From sequence record MW460245.1: a DNA stretch of 64,000 bases, one strand, 5' to 3'. The notes under the pieces are model-generated. The model did not search any database and had not been told where the DNA came from. It saw only the letters and a program-made list of their open reading frames with translations. Below, piece by piece: positions 27,101-36,309 of this stretch; the stretch's first letter is position 1; each line of letters opens with the position of its first letter. Both the position numbers and the translations under genes were made by a program.

Positions 27101-27398
27101 TGAGATGGAGATGCCGACGAGCATTGAAGTTCGCACAAGCGACCGAGAACGACGGAAGCCCCTCACCATCAGTGTAGGGGACTCCAGACTTGCGCGCGTA
27201 CTTGTACGAGTTGAGGATCGTGTTGCGGGTGATCTTGTCCCCGCCGAGTTGCTTCGTCTTGAGGTCACGACCGTCGATCGTTTGATAGACGATCAACAGC
27301 CTACGTTTGGAGCGTGACCAAGCCGGATCGATCGGCAAGGTCATGTTGTAACTGTCCGAAATCTCATCGACTTCGAACCGGTAGGAATCTTCGAGCAT
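24171..27398 (-). CDS. polA: Family A DNA polymerase with 3'-5' exonuclease and N-terminal UDG-like domain
   Basis: ExoI VDTET, ExoII FNGMFD, ExoIII YMATD; motif A DYSAHEVR, motif B K..VFGVLYG, motif C VHD; GGAGG RBS favours ATG 27398 (longest ORF starts 27467). Confidence 0.95.
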   Translation of the reverse strand: MLEDSYRFEVDEISDSYNMTLPIDPAWSRSKRRLLIVYQTIDGRDLKTKQLGGDKITRNTILNSYKYARKSGVPYTDGEGLPSFSVACANFNARRHLHLKKQARRDAEAQFAQRIQKLVKKLKPTHMLVSGTEAFEALYPDVEDARYKNGWVFDMSYKADGERHSLKVVPTLDLFKMLDRSSEHANLIGFYCRHLMNLMLGRNPHDLSKLEVIPKYVDSIEMFDKVCVMFRKAKEIAVDTETKNLSVLHNKLLTIQFAFDHTPNKGYIISVDHPLADWSKDERKYIKKRLKELFSETVVQDQTLLTFNGMFDLRIIRRALKIPMIWYRVWEITAGEHLLDENIGLLSGFMKGKHGGLAPILCSYGNDTYFTSEFKKEDRATIIAIRPNKKSVMKYMATDVVSLLAMKKQQIKRASMMQLEERNYKKYFIRHMMYQMSDTAHQLSHLREDGSLVSMKYLKFLMGQESPLKAELSKALNEMRQQPEVIEANKRLIGDSGLKAKSLLAFAKVKKDVSNWVFKWSKPDHKRTLFFDVMGLEPLDHTKTGEPQADKAFVKAYKDKNKVLQSYSTYQETEKLLSTYVRGWFKKLTRNADSVTDSHLRPDYSFWDVVTGRLASRNPSLQTIPQRSKIAKYIKRMFETTKGRLFVRYDYSAHEVRIWSVISGDKVLAGAFKAGQKLRKQLIKCLTKEERDAVFKELKTKGDIHIQNVFRFFGKWVEKSDPLRDAIKAVVFGVLYGKGAETLGIDTKQADMNAFKSSISTLYNELLAAEKGEGERDIKTIRKELNAADKKLAELLAEDRTDYAQGIIDKMMTEFKAGAKWTRDMSELAEKEYYVYSPIGRRRFLPAAMTTDRAIVSQQVRRGTNGPVQGLASEIGIKASRVFMELYYKHAPKIAAMQGQSRTLWELKVLYNRVVHDANYLSVIYSMMLPVIHMLQWAATYEVTKRYKDEFGLEFTVEPEIELETAAVDSQSYKWDWTIPNLLSNLKQTVKDADELGLLEGTQEEVMDEILESWRNPKIRNYLQKHFPLLGVTDLDEQIQTALDEFDASEKAERKAAKKAAKEAIDKAKSKKEKA

Positions 27399-27421
27399 TG
27401 AACCTCCGAGGGTGATACTGT

Positions 27422-27431
27422 TATTTACGCG
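27422..27431 (-). promoter_or_regulatory. CGCGTAAATA variant motif upstream of polA
   Basis: 24 nt upstream of the ATG at 27398. Confidence 0.4.
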
Positions 27432-27447
27432 TTCAAGGACGGTGACG

Positions 27448-28767
27448 TCAGGTCTGTTTGACGACAACGATCTCTGCGGCGCGTGTGATGGAGGTGTAAA
27501 GGTGTTCAGCTACTTGGTCCCGAAAGTAGTACGACTCATCAATCACCAACACTTTGTCCCACTGACTGCCCTGTGCCTTGTGACAAGTGATCGTGTCACC
27601 GAAGCACCAACTGTCCGACCCAGCGATGTCGCGGTAGTTCGGTTCAGGGAGTCTGTCATTGAACAGATAGGGCGGTACAACGGTCACGAGGTCTTTGGAC
27701 GAGTCAGACTTACGTAGAGCCTTGCGTGTGCCCTTGAAGCCGAGCCACTCAACATCCTCCTCAGGTCGAACGGGGATGCTAAGAATCTCCTCCTTCGACA
27801 TGATGAACTTTGGGATGTGCGACGGAGGGAACTTGTGTTGCTTCAGGAACGCGCTGTACTTTGGATTGATGATCTGGTGCTTCTGTTTGATCGGTACATC
27901 GGTGACGAACCAGATGGTGCCGTTCATGAAGCCCGCGTCATGGTTGTTCCGCGTACACATGAGCTTGTCACCAATGACGGGATAGAACAGTGGATCGAGG
28001 CCACCGTTGCGTGACGGGATGATCTCCGTTGCACCCTTCATTGCGCGGATATGCTGGTTCAGCTCATCACGAGTCTTGTTGCGTCCGACGATGACCTGAT
28101 CGGCCCATGCGAGGCGCGCGTCCTTGAGATCGACATAGTGCGAGAACACTCTGCTGTCACCGTACTTCCCAGGCTTGAGCCTCCGACCTTCACGAATCTC
28201 TGTTGCGAGCCAGATGATCGGAGAATCCTTCGCTTGACGATGAATCTCTGTCAGCAGATAGTCAGGATGTTCAGCGGTGAATGCACCAGTGCCTTCAACA
28301 GGCTTCAACTGGAAGGGATCGCCAAGCACAAGAATCTGGACACCGAACGATTCCAAGTCAGCACGTATCTCCTCGTTGACCTGCGACACCTCATCGAGGA
28401 TCAGCAAGCGTGCAGTAGCAAGTGGCGATTCACGGTTGATGGTCTTACCGACGAACAGGCCGGTAGCTTCATCGATGATCGGCTTATAGATGAGGCGGTG
28501 GATCGTTGAGGCGTCATCGCAGCCCTTGAGACGCAGCACCTTCGCTGCCTTGCCTGTGTACGCGGCGAACAGCATAGCGCCCCTGTACTCATTCTGGACG
28601 AAGTCAGAGACAACGGAAGCCATCGTGGTCTTGCCTGTGCCCGCATAACCGAAAAGCTTGAATACCTGGGTGCTACGCTTCTTACCTTTGACGTCCCAGC
28701 CTCGCAGCCACTTCACGATCTTGTTGAAGGCTTCGACCTGCTGCCCTCTTAGCTTAGGTAGAGTCAT
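27448..28767 (-). CDS. SF1B helicase (RecD2/Dda-like)
   Basis: GYAGTGKTT, TIHR, ILDEVS, GDPFQL, RQAKDS, TCHKAQGSQW, YTSITRA. Confidence 0.92.
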   Translation of the reverse strand: MTLPKLRGQQVEAFNKIVKWLRGWDVKGKKRSTQVFKLFGYAGTGKTTMASVVSDFVQNEYRGAMLFAAYTGKAAKVLRLKGCDDASTIHRLIYKPIIDEATGLFVGKTINRESPLATARLLILDEVSQVNEEIRADLESFGVQILVLGDPFQLKPVEGTGAFTAEHPDYLLTEIHRQAKDSPIIWLATEIREGRRLKPGKYGDSRVFSHYVDLKDARLAWADQVIVGRNKTRDELNQHIRAMKGATEIIPSRNGGLDPLFYPVIGDKLMCTRNNHDAGFMNGTIWFVTDVPIKQKHQIINPKYSAFLKQHKFPPSHIPKFIMSKEEILSIPVRPEEDVEWLGFKGTRKALRKSDSSKDLVTVVPPYLFNDRLPEPNYRDIAGSDSWCFGDTITCHKAQGSQWDKVLVIDESYYFRDQVAEHLYTSITRAAEIVVVKQT

Positions 28768-29072
28768 TCTTGATCCTTGGATCGCTTAACCCATGTTTTC
28801 CGCCCAGTCGCGTCATCGATTACGGGAACATATCCTCGAAGGTGCATACGGCGCGCCACCTCTTTGCGATTCTTAGGTCGCAGCATCCTGAGATCGTCCC
28901 ATGGAATCTTGTTACCTACGTCAGCAGTCGCTATGAATAGATCCTTCAGACGCTTAACCTTAAGGGGAGGTTCAGTAGAAGGCTCAAGAGGCTCAGTAGA
29001 CTCATATTGGATATGGTTCTGTTGCTCACAAAGGCGTCTGTATTTGCGCTCGTAGAATTCATAGTCTTTCAT
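28764..29072 (-). CDS. Hypothetical protein (AT-richer)
   Basis: Coupled overlaps on both sides. Confidence 0.5.
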   Translation of the reverse strand: MKDYEFYERKYRRLCEQQNHIQYESTEPLEPSTEPPLKVKRLKDLFIATADVGNKIPWDDLRMLRPKNRKEVARRMHLRGYVPVIDDATGRKTWVKRSKDQE

Positions 29073-30919
29073 TTGAATTGGCTCCGGATGCTTTCCATTT
29101 CTGCCTCATATTCTTTCGCAAGTGCTTCATCGCCTTTTTGTCTTGCTCTGTACGCGCGCGCGTTGAGGGCTTTCAGTTTGCTCTTGATCTCATCAGGGCG
29201 AATCTTCCTTTTCGGCTTCAACTCCTTTTCAGCTTTCTTACGCGCTTGGGCCCTTATGGACGTGTACGTCTTAAAGTCCCAGGACTGGTAGCAGCCGAAC
29301 ACGTCCATAGCGTCCGTCGTCAGTGTCGGAAAGCCTTTGTACCGACGCTGTAGCCTTGACGCAAGCCCTAAGGTCGGTACTACAGCAAGCATGGGTTTTT
29401 TGATGTTAGGAATTCGGATGTTGCCACGACCGATACATTGAACAGACTTATCGACAATAAAGTCCTCGTCAGCATCGTAGCCAAAAGGTCCAAGCAAGGC
29501 ATTCAGCAGCCGGGCAAGGTGAGGGTTTGGATTGATAGCAGGAAGGAACACTACTGCGTTGCTATCCCGGAATCTGTTGTCACCTTCAGCCTTGCCGTGG
29601 TTCAACTGTTTAAAGGTTTCGTCAAGGTCGTACTCATCGCGAAACTTGTGATTCAGAAACATGAGAGCGCGATGTTTGCAAGGGTGTTTCTTGTGCCACT
29701 TCGCGACGACCTCTGTAGACCTAGCAACAAGCCATCCGAGCATATCAGTATTACCTCCCCAGCCATGCAGCAACTTCACAAGCTCTCGCTGCGCGGCACT
29801 AGGTTTCCCTTTCAAAGGATCTTTGACTCTCTTGATGGCCGTCATAAGATCCTTCGTGCTGATACCGTTGACCTTCATGTAGTCACCAAGTAAGGTCAGG
29901 TTTTCCAAAGGAAGGATACAACCACCGTTAAGGTACTTGCCTAACGCAGGTACCCGATCGTCTGCAAGAAGAGGTGCTATAGTCAAATAGTCGTACCGGC
30001 TCGTTGCTTCATTGAGGCGGACACGGTAACCTTCCTTCGAGAACTTGTTCATGAACCACTTCGAAGCATCCGTCGGAGTGTTACCTTCCATTTCAAGGAA
30101 GTGGAACATCTGGGATGTCTCAAAGTCTGCACTCAGAATGTACACGTCCTGGAATCCAGAGAAGGGATGCGAGGGTAAAGACACCTGAATCATCCGACGG
30201 TTCTCAGAATCACCTTCGAAAAAGGCATAAGCCTGTGTGCGAACAATTTTGTCGTCGTCCGGAAGAATGCTTTGGTGCAGCTCATCAAGGAGTCTGAATG
30301 CATAAGCTGCCTTCTTACCTTGAAGGCTACTGACCTTCTTGTTCTCGGGAAATACGCGTGCATGAAGTACATGGATACCATGGTACACCTCCTTACCGAC
30401 CTTCAGAGGTGTTGTCTTGAACAAGCGATCGAAATATTCCTGGGCTGGTGCATCTAACTGAACCTTCCCTAGCATGTCAGCCCACTTACGAGACTCATCG
30501 AACAGGACAACCGTGTCCTTGATTATGTCTTTGTGATTCGACAGCGCGAGAAACGCCTTATGAGTCATGAAGAGGACGCAGCCTTCTTCCCAAGCTTGCT
30601 TCTTCTTACCGTCATTTGTGCGACCTGCGAGAATGTTGTTCACCTGTTCTTGGACAGTGTCATCATCCTTAGAGCCTTCCTCAGAATATGCGATGCGCAG
30701 TCGGCGCCGCTCTTTCGTGCTCAGCTGCTTATGAAGGCGCTCGGCAGTTTGTTTAAGAAGGTGGCGGGTTGTGGCCACGTAGAACACATAACGCGGCTTA
30801 TGTTTGAGGTCGAGGGCACGTTGGATATGTTGCTTCATCATCTCGATTGCAGCGTCAGTTTTACCGGCCCCTGGAGGCAGGCTGACGTACTTCACCATCA
30901 ACCTAGATAGTGCTGTCAT
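29069..30919 (-). CDS. SF2-helicase-like ATPase (possible origin-binding protein)
   Basis: Walker A PPGAGKT, VFYVATTRHL, MTH, VLFDE Walker B, SAD, QCIGRGNIR. Confidence 0.65.
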   Translation of the reverse strand: MTALSRLMVKYVSLPPGAGKTDAAIEMMKQHIQRALDLKHKPRYVFYVATTRHLLKQTAERLHKQLSTKERRRLRIAYSEEGSKDDDTVQEQVNNILAGRTNDGKKKQAWEEGCVLFMTHKAFLALSNHKDIIKDTVVLFDESRKWADMLGKVQLDAPAQEYFDRLFKTTPLKVGKEVYHGIHVLHARVFPENKKVSSLQGKKAAYAFRLLDELHQSILPDDDKIVRTQAYAFFEGDSENRRMIQVSLPSHPFSGFQDVYILSADFETSQMFHFLEMEGNTPTDASKWFMNKFSKEGYRVRLNEATSRYDYLTIAPLLADDRVPALGKYLNGGCILPLENLTLLGDYMKVNGISTKDLMTAIKRVKDPLKGKPSAAQRELVKLLHGWGGNTDMLGWLVARSTEVVAKWHKKHPCKHRALMFLNHKFRDEYDLDETFKQLNHGKAEGDNRFRDSNAVVFLPAINPNPHLARLLNALLGPFGYDADEDFIVDKSVQCIGRGNIRIPNIKKPMLAVVPTLGLASRLQRRYKGFPTLTTDAMDVFGCYQSWDFKTYTSIRAQARKKAEKELKPKRKIRPDEIKSKLKALNARAYRARQKGDEALAKEYEAEMESIRSQFK

Positions 30920-30948
30920 TTTCTACTCCGTAGAAGGATACGCTTTTA

Positions 30949-30958
30949 TATTTACTAG
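30949..30958 (-). promoter_or_regulatory. CTAGTAAATA variant motif
   Basis: 30 nt upstream of the 30919 start. Confidence 0.5.
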
Positions 30959-31122
30959 GCAAAGAGAAGTGATGCGAGACTGGAACCCTGCTGACGTTGT
31001 AGGATAGCGCGTATACCGCACATGCGACTCATCCGTTATAAGTATTAACGAATGGTACCAACATCGGTATACGCCAATCAGCAAGTTCTCTGCGAAGCGA
31101 AACAACTCTGGTAACTTACTGA

Positions 31123-31334
31123 TTGCGCGGAGCGCAAGCGGTAAGGTACAGAGGTGTGCCGCGAGCTAGGAGTGAAGCGGAGCGGAACTCCTACCCCGAG
31201 ACATCCCTGCATCTCACAACGTTACCGATTCTCTTGGGGTGGGCTGCGCCTACGGCTTGCCCAGCTCACGCGACTTCGGTCACCTACCGAAGCTCCTCCG
31301 TCGCTTCGTTGTAGATGACGCGAAGGTTTCGCGT
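31123..31334. other. Hairpin-rich divergent intergenic region, candidate replication origin or structured element
   Basis: Stems TTGCGC/GCGCAA, TAGGAGT/ACTCCTA, CTTCGGT/ACCGAAG, ACGCGAA/TTCGCGT at the strand switch. Confidence 0.45.
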
Positions 31335-31354
31335 TCGCAGCTCTTTGCTGACAG

Positions 31355-31364
31355 GCAGTAAATA
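31355..31364 (+). promoter_or_regulatory. GCAGTAAATA variant motif
   Basis: 34 nt upstream of the sbcD-like start. Confidence 0.5.
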
Positions 31365-31397
31365 TTCGGTATCTGACACTCACCATACGTTACGAAA

Positions 31398-32450
31398 ATG
31401 GATTTCATTACGATAGGTGATCTTCACCTCAAAGGTACCAACGGTAAGGGGGCCCTTGCCAAGTATTTTGCGGACTCTGACGCCGTGGTTTTACGGGAGG
31501 TCTACAAGATTCTGGACATTGCTCTCCAGAAGGCTATCCAGCATGTTGTGTTCCTCGGGGATGTGTGCTCTCACTGGGAAATGACTGACAGTGGATTCCA
31601 GAAGTTGTGCCGCATGTTCCACAAATACCCTGACCTCACCTTCCACCTCTACCCTGGGAACCATGACCAGCGTGACGAGGAGGATTCTGACGCCCAGGTA
31701 ACGTCGCTGGACTCGCTGGCGTTGCTCTGCAAACAAGGGAAGTTCGAGAACGTTCGCGTCTACTTGAAACCAGAGACTACCAAGATCGGGAAGCACAAGG
31801 TTCGGTTCCTGCCTTACCCGAGCTTAGACTTCGATCCTGACGCTCTGAACTTCTTCCACAACGATGTGTACGGTGCGAAGGGTGACAACGGGCGCTTGAA
31901 CAAATCGAAGGACTACAAGCTGTCGAAGAAACAGAAACGCGCGGTGGCTGTAGGTGGTCACCTGCATACCAACCAAGTTGTGGGCCGCAAGTATTTCATC
32001 GGTACCTGCATCCAGAATTACTTTGGTGAGGGGCGGAAGAAGTTCTATGGTCATGTGCGGTGGAATGGTCCTGACGACTACGAGGTTGAGTCGGTGCGAT
32101 GGTCTCCTAAGTATCGTCTTCACACCTGCACCGTAACGTCGAAGAAAGACCTTCAGAAGATTCCGTGTTCGAAATATGACCTCATCAAGCTGGTCCAACC
32201 TGATGGTTCCCTCGTCACGACGGCAGACTACCCGAAGGGGATCAACATCGTTGAGACATCGCCGTTCAAGAGCCGAGACTTGCTTCAGGAAGAGATCGAG
32301 ACCGACCTCAAGACTGGTGATGAGTTGACGGTCGATGTGGACGCCTTCTTCGATGCGTGGACGGCGAACGCAAACCTTGATCCTGACGAATTGAAAGGCA
32401 TGATGAAGACAAAGGCACGACTGATAGGCGTTAAGGAGAGGTCCAAATGA
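31398..32450 (+). CDS. sbcD: SbcD/Mre11-like metallophosphoesterase nuclease
   Basis: GDLHL, LGDV, GNHD, GGHLH. Confidence 0.85.
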   Translation: MDFITIGDLHLKGTNGKGALAKYFADSDAVVLREVYKILDIALQKAIQHVVFLGDVCSHWEMTDSGFQKLCRMFHKYPDLTFHLYPGNHDQRDEEDSDAQVTSLDSLALLCKQGKFENVRVYLKPETTKIGKHKVRFLPYPSLDFDPDALNFFHNDVYGAKGDNGRLNKSKDYKLSKKQKRAVAVGGHLHTNQVVGRKYFIGTCIQNYFGEGRKKFYGHVRWNGPDDYEVESVRWSPKYRLHTCTVTSKKDLQKIPCSKYDLIKLVQPDGSLVTTADYPKGINIVETSPFKSRDLLQEEIETDLKTGDELTVDVDAFFDAWTANANLDPDELKGMMKTKARLIGVKERSK

Positions 32451-32716
32451 GCAAGAAGAAAAAGAAGGGGCCACCGATCAAACGTGGCGTCTTCTGCGGC
32501 ATCATAAAGCGACAGCTACTGGTCGCTACATGTCCTCTGCCGAAAGGAAGCTGCGTGTGGAAACACCGCGTTACCGGGCAGTGTAAATATACGGAAGCAG
32601 ACCTGACGCCTGTGCAGTACGCTGAGCTGGTTGGTGCGAAGATGCCTGACCACTCGGAGTTGGTGCAGGTTCGTCAGATCGTTTTCACCGAGGTGAAGAA
32701 GGAGTTCCAGAAATGA
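32447..32716 (+). CDS. Small Cys/His-rich basic protein
   Basis: C..I...C...C.WKH...C pattern; ATGA coupling. Confidence 0.6.
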   Translation: MSKKKKKGPPIKRGVFCGIIKRQLLVATCPLPKGSCVWKHRVTGQCKYTEADLTPVQYAELVGAKMPDHSELVQVRQIVFTEVKKEFQK

Positions 32717-33111
32717 TGGACCTTGTTAGCTACCACACGATGCCGCCTGAGCATGTTGAGAATGCGGTACTCATCGCAAAGGCGATGAGCGTGTTTGCAG
32801 GCATGCAAACTGTCCGTGAGCACTGCACGCCTCTTGCACATCACCTTGACGGTACACCTGAGCTGTGGCAACCGTACCAACCAGGAAGCCAGGACTTCTT
32901 CAATGTCCTGAAGTTCTTTAAGGTGTCCTTGCACTATGCACCTAACTGGTTCTGCTTCGACTGCGTTGTGCCTACACCTGGTACACGGAGCAGCGGTACG
33001 TTGGCTTCGGCACCTGCAGCCAAAGGTCCATACACTCAGGCGATTGTATGCGCTGCCGTATGCAACCGAATCGCAGAAGTGATTAAAGGGCGGTGTAGTA
33101 AAGAAGTATAG
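32713..33111 (+). CDS. Hypothetical protein (weakly NinX-like)
   Basis: W.PY....D...VL...AIV.AAV; operonic. Confidence 0.5.
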   Translation: MMDLVSYHTMPPEHVENAVLIAKAMSVFAGMQTVREHCTPLAHHLDGTPELWQPYQPGSQDFFNVLKFFKVSLHYAPNWFCFDCVVPTPGTRSSGTLASAPAAKGPYTQAIVCAAVCNRIAEVIKGRCSKEV

Positions 33112-33163
33112 TTCGCGCGAACTAAGAAGTAACAATCCAACGCAACACTGAAAAGAGGCCTCT

Positions 33164-33889
33164 ATGAAATACCTTACCGTAACGGAAGCAGAGCAACAAC
33201 CCGGGAATTCCTTCTGGGTGCTCAACACCACGGACTCGTCGGACGTCGGCTATTCGGGCGACGTCCTTTTTGACGTTCCCAAGCTGAACGGTAACGCCGA
33301 CGCCGACCACATTCTGGTTGAGCAGACGTGGCTTCCGCAAGACCTGACAGAATGGGTTCCGAAGAACCAACTCTTGCAAGCATCGGAACTCCGCCGCTGC
33401 GTGCGCAAGGGTCTCATCTCGATCATCTCCGAAGCGGATGCAATCCGCATCATGCAGCGTCCGGGTGCCAAGGAAGAGCGTCAACGCATCCGCGCGGCGA
33501 AGCGCTTCATCCAGGAATCGGCGACTGCACGTGCGATGGGCTCGCATGCTGACGTGAAGCTGGCATCGGATTCGGACGCACTGGTCTCGGCATACACGCA
33601 GGTCAAGACGATCAACCCGGTCGAACTCGAACGCCAACAAAACGTGGCACGCGCTGCGCTGGCGAAGACGGAACTGGAAGATGGCGTCGAACCGTCGTTC
33701 GCAGCATGGGCACAGCGTCTGCACATGCAGGAAGACATCCAAGCCGTCAACGCGATCCTGAACAAGGGCAAGATGACGAAGCGCCAGCTCAAGGTCATCA
33801 TGAAGTACCTCGGTGCTGACCAAACGCAAGCGCGTGCGAACGTGACGAAGCGGATCGAAAAGATCAACGCGAAGAAGAAGGGCGGTTAA
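33164..33889 (+). CDS. Hypothetical protein
   Basis: RBS GAGG; strong codon bias. Confidence 0.75.
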   Translation: MKYLTVTEAEQQPGNSFWVLNTTDSSDVGYSGDVLFDVPKLNGNADADHILVEQTWLPQDLTEWVPKNQLLQASELRRCVRKGLISIISEADAIRIMQRPGAKEERQRIRAAKRFIQESATARAMGSHADVKLASDSDALVSAYTQVKTINPVELERQQNVARAALAKTELEDGVEPSFAAWAQRLHMQEDIQAVNAILNKGKMTKRQLKVIMKYLGADQTQARANVTKRIEKINAKKKGG

Positions 33890-33913
33890 GCCGTCCCTCA
33901 TCAAGGAGCTACC

Positions 33914-35152
33914 ATGAGAAAAGCAGATAAGGAACAAGTGGTACACCCGACTCACTACAACCGACATCCCAGCGGTATCGAGTGCTGGGACATCAACCAG
34001 TACATGAGCGCCAACATCGGCGCGGCGTTCAAGTACGTTTACCGTCGTGGTGAGAAGGGTGATCCGATTGTCGACCTGCAGAAGGCATTGCAGTACATCG
34101 ACAAAGAGATCGAGATGTTCAAGGAGATGATCGCCAAGAAATTCATCTCCGAAGGTCACCCGGTCAACCAGATGCTGGTTGTTGCCTCGAATCGTTCGGA
34201 TTTGATCCGCATCGTTGCCTTCGAACAGAATCCGCACGCAGCACGGTTCTACTCGCAGGTTGCACGCCCGTGTCCTCGTGTCGATATATACCTTGCTGAG
34301 CACCTGATGAGTGCGCGCGATGCTGTCGAAAAACTCATCGAAGAATGCAAGATCGGTGAACCGGGAGGTGAGTACCCGCTGCTGCCTTGGGGTCTGCTGG
34401 CCAAGTGCATCCCGCTTGACTCGCTCATGGTGCGGATGAACGTCGAACCGTTTGTTCGGGGCTCAATCACCTTGGAACTGGCAAAGAAGTACGCAGGTCA
34501 GGTATTCGAGTATGAGGACGTTCTGTACAAGGTTGAAGAGTCTGGAGTGACGGTGTGGGATCCGATGCCTGAAGCGAATGAGGACGAACCGGAGGAAGAC
34601 GGTTGCATGGAAGGTGGCGACTGCGAAGAAAAGGCTCGGTCGTTCGATGAAGAGCTGATCGCCGCTTCCAAGAAGTACGCCCATGACCTCAGCCAAGGCG
34701 ACTATGCGAACGTGCAACCTGACGAGTCATTCCTCGCTGGTGCGCGTCACTGCCGGTACTGGATGCGTGAGAACCTCCTCAACGCTATCGAAGGTCGCTC
34801 GCACTGGACTGACGCTCTCAAGAGCGAGCCTGCGGCAATTCCGCTGAACGTGCTGGCGAAGGCAGCTGGTGTCGACCTCGTAAAGCTGACTCAGGATATC
34901 GAGGCTGATCCTCTCTGCAAGTCGGCGATGGCTGACGCGTATGGCCTGCTGTCGATCGGTGACGGTACGGCGGAAGGAGCAACGATCGCTCTGAACAATG
35001 CTCACTTCCTCGACCTGATGCAGACTGTTCCCTACACCGCTTCGTTCAAGCGTATGTGCGCGGCGAAGGGCATCCGCGTCGAAGTGAACATCTACACCAC
35101 GCAAGGTGTGGCCGCTGCTGACAGCGCTGATCCTGAGAAAGCGTCAATCTAA
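33914..35152 (+). CDS. DUF3310 (SaV-like) domain fused to unknown domains
   Basis: VVHPTHYN...IECWDI...GAAFKYVYR.GEKG...DLQKA..YI. Confidence 0.8.
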   Translation: MRKADKEQVVHPTHYNRHPSGIECWDINQYMSANIGAAFKYVYRRGEKGDPIVDLQKALQYIDKEIEMFKEMIAKKFISEGHPVNQMLVVASNRSDLIRIVAFEQNPHAARFYSQVARPCPRVDIYLAEHLMSARDAVEKLIEECKIGEPGGEYPLLPWGLLAKCIPLDSLMVRMNVEPFVRGSITLELAKKYAGQVFEYEDVLYKVEESGVTVWDPMPEANEDEPEEDGCMEGGDCEEKARSFDEELIAASKKYAHDLSQGDYANVQPDESFLAGARHCRYWMRENLLNAIEGRSHWTDALKSEPAAIPLNVLAKAAGVDLVKLTQDIEADPLCKSAMADAYGLLSIGDGTAEGATIALNNAHFLDLMQTVPYTASFKRMCAAKGIRVEVNIYTTQGVAAADSADPEKASI

Positions 35153-35193
35153 CCCCTGTTGTTTTTCTGCAACAGCGGTGCGTGGATGACAGG

Positions 35194-35222
35194 TTGTGCG
35201 TCGTCTAGCTTTCGTGTACCAT
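35194..35222 (+). promoter_or_regulatory. Possible sigma70 early promoter TTGTGC-N17-TACCAT
   Basis: Intergenic, upstream of a run of small genes. Confidence 0.35.
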
Positions 35223-35300
35223 GAAGGCTAGGGACGCACCCTGTCCCTGAAGTGTTGTTTTCACACAACAAGTTTCTTCGTCAAAGAAAGGACGGCATGT

Positions 35301-35633
35301 ATGAAGTTCATCAACGCAAAGAAGCCCAAGGAGTACGCAGAGCAGGTTGTCAGCATCGACGCGCAAATCGCCGAACTGCGCGCCCAGATCGCAGCGCTGG
35401 AAGAGGAGCGCGATGACATCGTGGAATACCTCGATGCTCGTGTCGGCGAAACGTTCGAATACCGCGCACCTGACGGCACGCTTCGTCGTGGCGTGTTCAG
35501 CGTGACAGCTGGCAAGAAGATTCTTGACCGCGCGAAGGTCGAACGGTTTTACGAATCGATCGGCAAGCGCCTGCCGATGAAGTCTGCAAAGCAGTCCGAC
35601 AAGTTCACCGTTCTCGACGTGTCGGAAGAATAA
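35301..35633 (+). CDS. Hypothetical coiled-coil protein
   Basis: RBS AAGGA; codon bias. Confidence 0.7.
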   Translation: MKFINAKKPKEYAEQVVSIDAQIAELRAQIAALEEERDDIVEYLDARVGETFEYRAPDGTLRRGVFSVTAGKKILDRAKVERFYESIGKRLPMKSAKQSDKFTVLDVSEE

Positions 35634-35665
35634 CCAGTTCAATTCTCAAAGAAAGGAGAAACACC

Positions 35666-36115
35666 ATGCCGTGCCAAGACTACATGCCCGACACCGCCCA
35701 CGATCTCGCGCAGGAAGAGGAGATCAAACGCCTCAAGCGCCGTTGCAACATGCTGGCGCGTACCGCGTGCGCTGCGTTGACTTCGCTGGAAGCGTTGATC
35801 GAAAGTCCGAAGCTGATCCGCAACATCGATGACGGCGACGATCATACCGAGCGCGCACGCGACAAGCTGCTGACCGAAGTCGGCGGGCTGTCCGAACGGC
35901 ATCATGCGCAGTCGCTGCGGTGGTGGGCACGTCACCAGCGGCTCGACGCCGAGCGCAAAGCACGCAAAGTGGCAGAAGTCGAAGCGGCAGCAGAGGCTGC
36001 GCGTGAAATGGCTGCGCACAAGGTGCGTGCTGCCGATGTCCTCATGAAGCTGTCTGAGGAAGACCGCATGGCGCTGGTCGCTGTCGGTGCGCTGAGGGCT
36101 GAGGTGGTGCTGTGA
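35666..36115 (+). CDS. Hypothetical protein
   Basis: RBS AAGGAG. Confidence 0.7.
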   Translation: MPCQDYMPDTAHDLAQEEEIKRLKRRCNMLARTACAALTSLEALIESPKLIRNIDDGDDHTERARDKLLTEVGGLSERHHAQSLRWWARHQRLDAERKARKVAEVEAAAEAAREMAAHKVRAADVLMKLSEEDRMALVAVGALRAEVVL

Positions 36116-36309
36116 ACTTCGTCTGGCATTTTCTCGGTCTCGTTGTGATGCTGCATTTCGTTGGCTTTGCGACCGGACTTTATGACGTGCTGATTCTTAA
36201 GGCACAAGTTTCAGATCGTGGCGCGTTCCGGCGTGCCATCGCTATCAACCTCGCGATTGTGGCCCTCGCATGGGCCATCGCATATCTGGAGACACAACCG
36301 AATGTTTAA
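36112..36309 (+). CDS. Small membrane protein
   Basis: Two hydrophobic segments; GTGA coupling. Confidence 0.5.
   Translation: MNFVWHFLGLVVMLHFVGFATGLYDVLILKAQVSDRGAFRRAIAINLAIVALAWAIAYLETQPNV

Noticed and set aside
31123-31334. CRISPR array or REP-type direct repeats
   Set aside because: The hairpins differ in sequence; there are no regularly spaced identical repeats
33109-33124. Perfect 16-bp palindrome TAGTTCGCGCGAACTA
   Set aside because: Single occurrence at a gene end; most simply a terminator or operator-like hairpin with no further support
33122-34303. 393-aa minus-strand ORF; similarly 39286-40149, 43449-44870, 48828-50039 and 50902-51975
   Set aside because: Antisense to well-supported plus-strand genes; no recognisable domains
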